Assembly: GCA_963716255.1 (NCBI GenBank)
Contig: OY970303.1
Span: 1,568,001 to 1,632,000 of the forward strand
Length of the DNA: 64,000 nucleotides
Direction: 5' to 3'
DNA from: an uncultured Gemmatimonadales bacterium
GTDB taxonomy: Bacteria; Gemmatimonadota; Gemmatimonadetes; Longimicrobiales; Longimicrobiaceae
The position numbers and the translations under genes were made by a program. The notes under the pieces were generated by a model. The model worked only from the letters and a program-made list of their open reading frames with translations. It was not told the origin of the DNA and ran no database searches. Within the stretch, counting starts at the first letter, position 1, and every line of letters begins with the position of its first letter. Shown here one piece after another: positions 40,974-50,400 of the stretch.

Positions 40974-43900
40974 ATGGCCGCGCTCCAGGCCGAGCTGACG
41001 GTCCGGATCGACGTGGGCGACCTCGCCCAGGGCCTCCTCGCGGAAGTGGGGGGGCCGCTGGGCGAGCTGCGCGCGGTGGCTGTCCCGCTGGACGCGGACG
41101 GGCTGGAGGCCGCCGCGGGCGGAGCGGGCGAGCCCGACTTCTCCGTCTTCGCGGGGACGCTGGGGCAGGTCTCGGCCGCGGCGGGGAGCGTGCTGGAGCG
41201 GCTCCCCGGCGCGGAGGTGCTCGCCCCGCTGACTTCCGCGCTGGAGACCGTGGAGCTCGCCACCCGGGCCGACCTGGCCGGCGGTCTCGGGCGCCTGCTG
41301 GCCGACCTGGCGGCGCAGGTGGAGGGCGACCGGCAGGGCGGGCTGCTGGGCGTCCTGCACGCCGTGGCTACCGCGCTGGGCGACGCGCAGGAGGGGCGCA
41401 TCCTCCTGGACCTGCTGTCGCGACTCCCCGGCAACCCCGGCATCTCCCTGTCCGGCGGGCTCCCCGGCGCCGACGTGGTGCGCGCCGCCGACGGCGCCGT
41501 CCGCGCGCTGGGCGGGCTGATGGTGCTGGAAACGGTGCTCGCGGAGGCGGAGCGGCTCACCGGGGTGATGGCCGCGCAGGCCGATCCGGCCGTGCTCCGC
41601 GCCGACCTGGCGGCGCTGGACGCGGCGCTCGCCCCCGGCGGGGTCGCGCTTGCCGCCGTGCTCCGCGCCGCGGCCGCCGACCCCGCCGCGCTGCGCTCCG
41701 CGGTGGACCTGGCGCTTGCCGCGGCGGCGCGCCTGGACGCCCTGGACGCGCGCCTTTCCGGCGCCATGGGGCTGGGCGAGGCCACCCTGGTGTACCTGGA
41801 CGTGGACCGGGTCCTGGCGGAGGTGGACGGGGCCATGACGCTGCTGCGCACCGCGGACGTGGACCCGCTGGGCCGGCAGACCGCGGCCGTCCAGGGATGG
41901 CTCGGGCCGCTTCTCGCCGGCATCCGCCTGGAGAACGTCCCGGCCCGGCGCCTGGACGCGCTGCTGGACGAGGTCGAGGGGCGCATCGCCGAGGCGGCCG
42001 GCGGCATCGCCGCCCTCCCGGTGGAGGAGCTGACCGCGCCGCTCGCCGAGGGCATCGCCTTCGTGAGCGGGCTGCTGGGCACGGTGCGCGACGTGATCGA
42101 GCGCATCACCCGGGAGTTCCGCGCGGCCATGACCGCCGTGCGCGACGCCCTCGCCGCCCTCCCCTTCGCCGACGCCGCCCTGGCGCTGCGGGAGGCGCTG
42201 GCTCCGCTGGCCGACGGCATCGACGCCGTACGCGCCGTGGTGGAGCAGGTGCGGGTGGCGCTGGACGCCGCGGCCCGCGAGATGCACCGGGCGCTGGAGG
42301 GGATCGAGGGCGGGGTCGACCGCTTCGCCGCCGAGGTGGACGCGCTCTTCGCCGGCGCGCGGGCCTACGTGGAGCAGATCGACCTGGCGGCGACGCTCGG
42401 CGCGGTGGGCGAGCAGGTACGCTCGTTCACCGTGGCGCTGGACGCCGCCGCCATGGCCCCGTACTTCGACGCCGCGCAGGACGCGATCGGCGTCGCGGCC
42501 GACGTGGTGGGGGCGGTGCCGTGGGACCTGGTCCCCGAGTCCATGAAGGCCGAGGTGGACGCCGCCGTGCTCCCCGTCAAGGAGGCCGACGCGGGCGCCG
42601 TGGCCGGCGAGATCGAGGCGCTCCTGCAGATCACCCCGGACGGCCGCTTCGCGCTGCGGGCCGACCTGGAGGCCGCCATCGCCGACGTGCAGGCGCAGTT
42701 CGAGGCGCTGGTGGAGAGCGTGGCGGAGCTGGACCCGCGCGCCGCCCTCTCGCAGGTGGACGCCATGCTGCGCGAGGTCGCCGCCCGCATCGCCGAGATC
42801 TCGCCAGCGCTCACCCTCCAGCCCCTGCGCGACGCCCTCGACCGGGTCAAGGAAGCGATCGCCGCGGCCGATCCGGACGCGCTGCTGGAGCCGGTGCGCG
42901 ACGTGTTCCGCCGCATCGACGAGGGGCTGGAGTCGGTGTCGCCGGGGACGCTGCTGGCCCCCGTGCAGGCACGCCTGGACGAGGCGCGGGAACAGCTCAA
43001 GGGGGCCATCCGGCTGGAAAGCTGGGCCCCCGCGCTGGACGAGCTGGCCGCGCGGGCGGAGGGAGTGCTGTCGCTGGTGGACCCGGCGCGACTGGAGCCG
43101 CTGCTGGCCTCGGCGCTGGGCGAGCTGGAAACGGCGCTGGGCGCGCTGCCGGCCATCCACACCGCGGGGGCGTTCGGCACCGTCGTGTCCCTGCTCCTGG
43201 AGGGGATGGGGCTGCGGGTGCGCTCCGACAGCTTCGTCCCGGTGGCGGCGTGGCTGGGCGGCGCCTCCGCCTCGGCGCACCTGAACGGTCGGGCGCTGCG
43301 CATCTCCGCTTCGGTGGCGCGCACCCGCGACGCGGTGGCTGCGCTGGACGTGGCCGCGCTGGCCGCGGGCGCCGTGCAGCGCGCCGCCGCCGCCGTGGCC
43401 GCGGCCGGCGAGCTCGCCGTTTCGCTCCCCTCCGACTCCCCGGAAGGGCTGCGGCTGGCCTCGGCGTCGGCGCGGCTGGACGCGGGCGCCGTGGTGGGCC
43501 GCCTGGCCGCCAACCGCGCCCGCTACCTGGCCGCACTGGAGCACTCCGCCGCGGAAGCGGAGACGCTGCGCCGCACCGGCTTCACGCAGGCCGACACGAG
43601 CGTGGCCGCGCTGCGCGAGGGCGCCGCCCCGCTGGCCCCGTCGCTGGCCTGGCTGCGGACGCTGCTGGGAAAGCTGGGCCTTTCCCCCGAGGAGCTGAGC
43701 GTCGCCGGGGTGGTGGGCTCGGTGCTCGCGGCCGCCCCGCCGGCCCGCCTGGCGGCGCTCTTCCTCCCCCTCTTCACCGCCCTGCGCGACCGGGTGCGCA
43801 CCCTCCTCTCGGGGGTGATCGATCCGCTCAAGGCCGGCATCGCGGAGGTGGGAGCGCTCATCGACGCGGTGGACCTCGGCCCCCTCCTGGAGGCCATGGA

Positions 43901-44321
43901 CGCGGTGGTGGACGAGGTCAAGGCCCAGGTGGCCGCCTTCAATCCCGACGTGCTCCTCGGCGAGCCGCTGGCCTCCTTCCGCGCGTTGCGCGCCGCGCTG
44001 CTCGACGCGGACCCGCTCGCCGCCGTGGCCGCCATCGTCGCCGACCTGCAGGCGGCGCTGGTGCGGGTGCTCGGCAAGCTGGAGCTGGAAACGCTGCTGG
44101 CCTCGCCGCTCGCCATCTACGACCACCTGCTGGCCCAGCTGCGGGCCCTGGACGTCACCGGCCTGCTGACGCCCGTGTTCGTCAAGCTGGACGAGATCGC
44201 CCTGCAGGTGGACGTGGGGCTGGAGGGCACCGTGGCCGCCTTCGAGGAGCTGCAGGCGGCGCTCCCCGGCGGCGGGGGCGGCGGCAGCGTGTCGGCGTCC
44301 CTCAGCGTCAGCGTGGGGTAG
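40974..44321 (+). CDS. 1115-aa Ala/Leu-rich helical protein, module 2 gene A
   Basis: Colinear paralog of 30393-33737. Confidence 0.8.
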   Translation: MAALQAELTVRIDVGDLAQGLLAEVGGPLGELRAVAVPLDADGLEAAAGGAGEPDFSVFAGTLGQVSAAAGSVLERLPGAEVLAPLTSALETVELATRADLAGGLGRLLADLAAQVEGDRQGGLLGVLHAVATALGDAQEGRILLDLLSRLPGNPGISLSGGLPGADVVRAADGAVRALGGLMVLETVLAEAERLTGVMAAQADPAVLRADLAALDAALAPGGVALAAVLRAAAADPAALRSAVDLALAAAARLDALDARLSGAMGLGEATLVYLDVDRVLAEVDGAMTLLRTADVDPLGRQTAAVQGWLGPLLAGIRLENVPARRLDALLDEVEGRIAEAAGGIAALPVEELTAPLAEGIAFVSGLLGTVRDVIERITREFRAAMTAVRDALAALPFADAALALREALAPLADGIDAVRAVVEQVRVALDAAAREMHRALEGIEGGVDRFAAEVDALFAGARAYVEQIDLAATLGAVGEQVRSFTVALDAAAMAPYFDAAQDAIGVAADVVGAVPWDLVPESMKAEVDAAVLPVKEADAGAVAGEIEALLQITPDGRFALRADLEAAIADVQAQFEALVESVAELDPRAALSQVDAMLREVAARIAEISPALTLQPLRDALDRVKEAIAAADPDALLEPVRDVFRRIDEGLESVSPGTLLAPVQARLDEAREQLKGAIRLESWAPALDELAARAEGVLSLVDPARLEPLLASALGELETALGALPAIHTAGAFGTVVSLLLEGMGLRVRSDSFVPVAAWLGGASASAHLNGRALRISASVARTRDAVAALDVAALAAGAVQRAAAAVAAAGELAVSLPSDSPEGLRLASASARLDAGAVVGRLAANRARYLAALEHSAAEAETLRRTGFTQADTSVAALREGAAPLAPSLAWLRTLLGKLGLSPEELSVAGVVGSVLAAAPPARLAALFLPLFTALRDRVRTLLSGVIDPLKAGIAEVGALIDAVDLGPLLEAMDAVVDEVKAQVAAFNPDVLLGEPLASFRALRAALLDADPLAAVAAIVADLQAALVRVLGKLELETLLASPLAIYDHLLAQLRALDVTGLLTPVFVKLDEIALQVDVGLEGTVAAFEELQAALPGGGGGGSVSASLSVSVG

Positions 44322-44325
44322 CGCC

Positions 44326-47300
44326 GTGCCCGGACCCCTCACCCACGTCGCCGTCGCGCTGCTGGCGCGGGACCGCCTGGCGCAGATCCGCGACGCGCTG
44401 CTGGCCAAGAAGGCCAACGGAACCGCCCGGGAGATCGAGCTGCAGGTGCTGTACATGGCGCAGAAGGCGCACTCGATCATGAGCGCCGCGCAGCCGAGGA
44501 TCGAGCCGCCGCTGCGCCTGTACGGGCCGCCGCTCACCGACGGCGTGTCGCGCTTCGTGATGCTGGGCGCCGTGGGGCCCGACCTCCCCCGCTACGCCGC
44601 CATGTACGCGCCGGGGCAGGAGTGGCTCTGGGACACCCTGCACAAGGGCAACCCCGACGAGCACCGCGAGCGCGTGCTGGCCCGCTCCACCGACTTCGTC
44701 TTCACCTTCTGGCGCAAGGTGGAGCCGCTGATCGACGCGGACACCTCCAAGGCGGACGAGCGGACGGAGGCGCGCGACAAGGTGCGCGCCTACCTGCTGG
44801 GCCACCTCTGCCACGTGGCGGCGGACGTGCTCTCGCACCCCTGGTACGACGACGTGGCGGCCCACCCGGGCGACGCCGGCCGGCCCCGGCTCCGCCGCGC
44901 CGACGTCGCGGGCGCCGTGGAGCGCGCGGTGGCGGCGCGCTTCTTCAACCGCGGCCCCGGGGCGGACACGCGCGGGAGCGACTGGGCGACGTGGTGGCCC
45001 TCCACCGGCGACGTCCCCGGCGCCTTCTACGGCGCCTTCGACGCCGCGGTGCGCGAGGTGTACGGCGGCGAAGGGCGCCCGGCGGGGCTCAAGGCCTTCG
45101 AGGACGCCTTCCGGGCGTACGACCCTCCCGCCCCCGCGCTCAGCCCGCGGCTGGTCCGCGACGGCGTCGCCACCTTCCGCACGGTCGCCGAGACCGGGCA
45201 CGGCTGGGACCTGTGGGACTGGCTCGGGGTGACCGCACCCACCTTCCTGCTCGCCTTCGGCGCCTACCCGCTGGCCGCGGTGCTCACCCGCGCGAGCGAC
45301 TTCGAGACCGAGCTCACGGGGACGCCGGACGAGATCGCCGAGAAGGAGCGGGTGCGCACCTACGAGCTGGTGGCCTACCCCTTCGCGGCCACGGCGCTGA
45401 CGCCGCTGGTCACCATGATCTGGGTGACGGCCTCCTCGTTCGGGGTGGGAAGCCAGATCGTCACGGGGTGGGTGGCGGCCGGGGTGCAGCTGCTGGCGGC
45501 GGTCGGGTTCTTCGCCACCCTGGGCGGAGCCGGCGACGCCCGCTGGGCGCTGTTCTTCGTCGTCCCGCTGTTCGTGGAAGTGGCGCACATGCTCCACGTG
45601 CTGATCCGCGGCGGGCGCGGCGACCGGCACTGGCAGCTGGCGCTGGGGACGCTGCTGCACCTGGCGCTCGCCCTGGTCTTCATGCTCTGCTACCGCACCT
45701 TCCTGCACCCGGGGATCGCGGAGCTGAAGAAGCGGGAGGAGGACCGCGACTACGGCGTGTTCGTGGGGTGGATGGCGCTCTGGTTCGGGATGGTGGTGGT
45801 CCTGTGGATCGTCCACGCCCTGTTCTGGCGCTACGTCTTCGGGGCGAAGCAGCCCTCGGACGCCGACAACGCCTTCGCGGGGCGCCACCACCACCTGCGC
45901 CTGTACGACGACGCGGCGCTGGGGCGCGACCCGCTGGGCCCCTCGCCCGCGCTCGACGGGCTCCTGTACCCGTCGGGCGCCCGGCCGCTGCTCAAGCTCT
46001 GGTGGCGCGGCCCGGATGCCCAGGAGCTCTCGGTGCGCTCGGACCGCGACCGGCTGACGTTCAGCTTCGACGGCGCCGGCGCGGGCCCCAAGCAGACGGT
46101 GCACCTCCCCGTGGCGTCCACCACGCTGCGCGAGTTTGCGCAGCTGCTTACCCGCACGGTGCGCGACAAGAACGGGGCCTCCACGCAGTTCCTCCACGTG
46201 GAGCCGGCCTTCCCCGCCGACCCGGAGATGGAGCTTCCCCCGGGGCTGGCCTTCTCGGACTGGGGCGACCACCGCGACACCCAGGCCGACCACGACACCG
46301 ACGCCGCCGCCTTCCGCACGATCCCCCGGACGGAGGCCGACGCCCTGCCGCTGTCGCACGCGCCCCGGGAGCTGCTCTCCACCCGTTTTGGCAAGGGCGG
46401 TCCGGTCGCGGAGGAGCGCCGCGCTGCCGACGAGCCGTCCGTGGCGGGGAGCACCATCACCCGGGACCCGGCGAACGCGCGGCGCATCGTGGCCACGGCC
46501 GGGTCGTTCCTCACCCGGCTCTTCCGGCCGGGCGACGTCATCGAGCGGCTGCCGGCGCCGGGCGACGCCCGCGTGGTGGTGGCGGTGGAGTCGGACCTGG
46601 CGCTGCTGGTGTCCACGCCCTTCTCGCCGGCGCTCCCCGCGGCGGGGGCGACGTACCGCCGCCGGGGGGACGACCGCTCGCAGGACCGCACCGTGGCCGG
46701 GTGGACGGTGGCGGACGGCCCCGGCGCATTCGACCTCACCGGCGGCGGCGGAGCCCTCTTCGGCTCGCTGTTCCGCCCGGGCGACACCATCCGGGTGAAC
46801 CCGCCGGCCCCCGCGGCGCCGCAGGAGCGCCGCATCGCCGTGGTGGTGAGCGACACCGTGCTCACGCTGGAGGAGAGCCTCGACCCGCGCCTGGGCGCGG
46901 GGGTGACGGCGCCCTTCGACCGGGTGGCGGACGAGACGGCCGACGGCTTCGCCTACCTGGCCGACGCCGACGACAACCTGTTCTCGGGCGACACGGTGAT
47001 GGGGCACGCGGCCGACCTGGCCACCCTGCTCTGCCTGGGCGCCGCCTCGCGGCTCCTCCCGGCCGACCAGCTCGCCGCGGGGCCCGCGGGGGTGGGGACG
47101 CCGCACCCGCTGCGCAAGGTCTACCAGGTGTTCCGCAACTGGAACCTGGACCGGCGCCGCGAAAACGAGTGGCGCATGCTGGTGGTGGGCGGGGCCGTGA
47201 GCGAAAAGCGGGGCGACCCGGCGGCGGACGACTCGGCGGCGCCGGTGGAGGCGGGGTGGTCGTCGCTGGTGGGGGCGCCGGGTGAGCGGGTGGCCAACGA

Positions 47301-47463
47301 GCTGGGGTGGACCGGCCTGCTGCGCGGCTGGGTGGACATGGCGCGCCACCCCGCGACCGACGCCACCGCCGACGTGGCCTTCCGTCCGGGGAGCCCCACC
47401 AACCTTGAGCTCAGCCGCGGGCTGGCGTTCCTGCTGGACATGCGCGACCCGGGGGCTCCATGA
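44326..47463 (+). CDS. Zn-dependent PLC-like domain + ~6 TM + phage-tail-like repeats, module 2 gene B
   Basis: GPLTH, GAVGPD, LH, YLLGHLCHVAADVLSHP; six hydrophobic segments; FRPGD repeats; QVFRNWNLDRRR. Confidence 0.72.
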   Translation: MPGPLTHVAVALLARDRLAQIRDALLAKKANGTAREIELQVLYMAQKAHSIMSAAQPRIEPPLRLYGPPLTDGVSRFVMLGAVGPDLPRYAAMYAPGQEWLWDTLHKGNPDEHRERVLARSTDFVFTFWRKVEPLIDADTSKADERTEARDKVRAYLLGHLCHVAADVLSHPWYDDVAAHPGDAGRPRLRRADVAGAVERAVAARFFNRGPGADTRGSDWATWWPSTGDVPGAFYGAFDAAVREVYGGEGRPAGLKAFEDAFRAYDPPAPALSPRLVRDGVATFRTVAETGHGWDLWDWLGVTAPTFLLAFGAYPLAAVLTRASDFETELTGTPDEIAEKERVRTYELVAYPFAATALTPLVTMIWVTASSFGVGSQIVTGWVAAGVQLLAAVGFFATLGGAGDARWALFFVVPLFVEVAHMLHVLIRGGRGDRHWQLALGTLLHLALALVFMLCYRTFLHPGIAELKKREEDRDYGVFVGWMALWFGMVVVLWIVHALFWRYVFGAKQPSDADNAFAGRHHHLRLYDDAALGRDPLGPSPALDGLLYPSGARPLLKLWWRGPDAQELSVRSDRDRLTFSFDGAGAGPKQTVHLPVASTTLREFAQLLTRTVRDKNGASTQFLHVEPAFPADPEMELPPGLAFSDWGDHRDTQADHDTDAAAFRTIPRTEADALPLSHAPRELLSTRFGKGGPVAEERRAADEPSVAGSTITRDPANARRIVATAGSFLTRLFRPGDVIERLPAPGDARVVVAVESDLALLVSTPFSPALPAAGATYRRRGDDRSQDRTVAGWTVADGPGAFDLTGGGGALFGSLFRPGDTIRVNPPAPAAPQERRIAVVVSDTVLTLEESLDPRLGAGVTAPFDRVADETADGFAYLADADDNLFSGDTVMGHAADLATLLCLGAASRLLPADQLAAGPAGVGTPHPLRKVYQVFRNWNLDRRRENEWRMLVVGGAVSEKRGDPAADDSAAPVEAGWSSLVGAPGERVANELGWTGLLRGWVDMARHPATDATADVAFRPGSPTNLELSRGLAFLLDMRDPGAP

Positions 47464-50400
47464 GCACACCGGACCCGGGCGCCACCGTGGAAACGGCGGA
47501 CCGCGAAGCCATCCAGGAGCGGGAAGAGTCGTTCTTCCGCCAGATGGGAGTATCGGAGCTTTCCTACCCCCACGCCCTGGAAGACGCGGTCGTACATGCC
47601 CGGCGCGCGCCCGTGGCCGGCGACGCCCGCTGGTACCCCTCGGGACCGCGCAACGTGGGGGGGCGGATCACGGCGCTCGCCCAGGACCCCACCAACGCGC
47701 TGACCCTGTACGCGGGGAGCGCCCACGGCGGGCTGTGGCGCACCATCGACGGCGGCGACACCTGGACGCACCTGGGAGCGGAGGAGTTCAACGTCCCTGT
47801 GGGGACCATCGCCATCCACCCCCGGCAGCCCGGGCTGCTCTACGTGGGCACCGGCTCGCTCAAGCACACCTACGCGGCGGGACGGGGCCTGTTCCGCGTG
47901 CAGGTGGCCGGGCCGCTCGCCCCCGCCGCCTTCGACCGCCTGGCCGCGACCGACCCGCCGGACGTGGCGCCCGCGGCCTCGCGCGACGGCAGAGCGTACC
48001 GCTACACGCGCATCGAGGTGGACCCGGACGCACCCGAGCGCTTCTGGGCCGCCTCGCAGACCGGCCTCTGGCGGTGCGTGGTGCCGGTGGCGCCCTTCCC
48101 GCACGCCGCCGGGTCGGCCGTCTTCACCCGCGACTTCCCGCCCGACCCGCCGGCCGCCGGCTCGCCGCCGCTCTTCTCGGGGGCGGTCCCCGTTCCCGGG
48201 GCCGGGTGGCCGGCGTACGCCACGGACGTGCGCGTGGCGCGCGACCCGCGGAGCACGGACACGCACGCCGGGCTGTCGCGCTACCTGGTGATCTACGTGG
48301 GGGTGTACGGCGAGGGCGTCTGGCGCGGGCGCTACGACCGCAAGGACGACCGGGTGGAGTGGGAGAAGAAGCTCGACGTTCCGGGGGCCGGAGCAAGCTT
48401 CCAGCGCGTCCGCCTGGCCGTCTGCGCCAACCGTCCCCAGCACGTGTACGTGGTCTTCGCGGACCCCGGCGACATGGCCACGGAGGTCTACTACTCCGGC
48501 GACAGCGGGGAGCACTGGGAGAAGCGCGGCCAGATCCCGGCCGCCTCCAACGGGCAGGCGGACTACGACCTGGTGCTGGAGGTGAACCCCTTCAACCCCG
48601 ATGTGCTCCTCTGCGCGGCGGTGGACGTCTGCAAGAGCGAGGACGGGGCGAAGAACTGGACGCCCGTGGCCCACTGGCGCTTCTACGACCGCGGCGACCA
48701 CGCGCAGCACGCCGACTTCCACGCGGCGATCTTCGACGTGGCGGACCGGCGCCGCGTGTGGGTGGGCAACGACGGCGGGATCTCCGTCCTGGACGACCTG
48801 CGGCGCATCAAGTCGCCGGTGCCGCTCAGCTGGCGCAAGCGCAGCCACGGGATCCTGGCCGGCCAGTTCCAGGACATCGCCGTCAGCCCCGCGCTCCCCT
48901 TCGTGTCCGCGGGGGGGCTGCAGGACAACGGGAGCTGGGCGAGCTTCGGCGGCCCCACCTGGTACCGGATCGGCTGGGCCGACGGGGCGGGGGTGGCGTT
49001 CCACAGCGGGGACCCGCGCACCTTCTTCCCGGCCCAGAACTCCGCCGGGAACATGACGAGCGTCACGGTGGCGGCCCACCAGCCGTTCGTGATCCCGCCC
49101 GCGCGCCGCTACCTGTTCAGCCTGGTCTCGCACGACGTGCCGACTCCCGCGGGCGCCACGCCGGACGCGCTGGAGCTGCGGATGGACCCCATCCCGCTCC
49201 CGCAGTCGAGCCCGTTCGTCACGGTGGTGGCGGAGGATCCCACCACGCCGGGGCAGATCCTCATCGGCGCGACGGCGAACCCGTCGGGCGGGCCGCAGGC
49301 ACTGGCGTACTGGGCGCCCCCGCCCCCCGCGGGCCCCTACGCGGCCTTCCCGGCGGCGCTCCCGGCGCCGCTCGCGGTCAACGCCGTCACGGGCCCCGCC
49401 GCGGCCCCGCTCCCGGTGCCGGCGGGCACCGAGTGCTCGGCGGTCGCCTTCGGGCCGGTGATCGCCCCCGCGGCGGCCCCTCCCCCGCCCCCCTTCCCCG
49501 TGGACGGGTGGCTGGGGTGCTCCAACGGCCAGCTCTTCCTGTGCCGCAGCGCGCCCGGGGGGAACTGGCAGGCGCCCGGGGCGCCGCTCCCCTCGGCGAG
49601 CGGGGTCCCCCAGCTGGTGACCAGCATCGCCGTCCACCCCGACGACCCGCGCACGGTGGCCGTCTCGGCGGTGCCGGAGCTGGGGTGGGTGCGCATCCGC
49701 ATCCCCCCCGGGGGCGGCGGCGCGGTGGGGGTGGCGACGTTCACCTTCGCGCACCTCCCCGCCGCGGCGGCCCCGGCCCAGCCGACCGGCGCCGGCATCG
49801 TGCTCCCCGGGACGCTCCGCACCGTGAGCTTCGCGGGCCCGGGGAACTTCGTGGCGGGCGACACCTGGGTCATCTCCCCCGAGGGCACGATCACCGCGGG
49901 CGGCGCGAACACCTCCACCGGGACGGTCACGGCCAGCACCACGACCGGGCAGACCATCACGGTGCGGATCCCCGCGGGCGGCGGGGGGGCGCTGGGCGTG
50001 GCGGGGTTCACCTACCAGGTGGGCGCCGGCGCGGTCGTGGGGCCGCAGCCGACGGCGGCCCGCTTCCCGGTCCCGGGGACGCTGGTGACGCTGCTCTTCG
50101 GCGCCGGCGCCTACGTCGCGGGAGACAGCTGGACCGTTTCTCCCCGCGCCGCCGTGGCGGCGGCGGGGGGGAACACCTCGGCGGGAGTGCTCACCGCGCT
50201 CTCCTGGCTGGGAGGGCGGGTGTACCTCACCTGGGACCGCGGGAGCACCTGGACCGACGTGTCGGAGCCCACGCCCCCGGCACCGCTCGCCTCGCTCCCC
50301 AACGCCACCGTCACCAGCCTGCTCTGGGACCCGCGGAACGCGCAGGCGCTCTACGCCGGGACGCTGGCGGGGGTGTACGCGCTGCGGAACGTCCCCGTCC

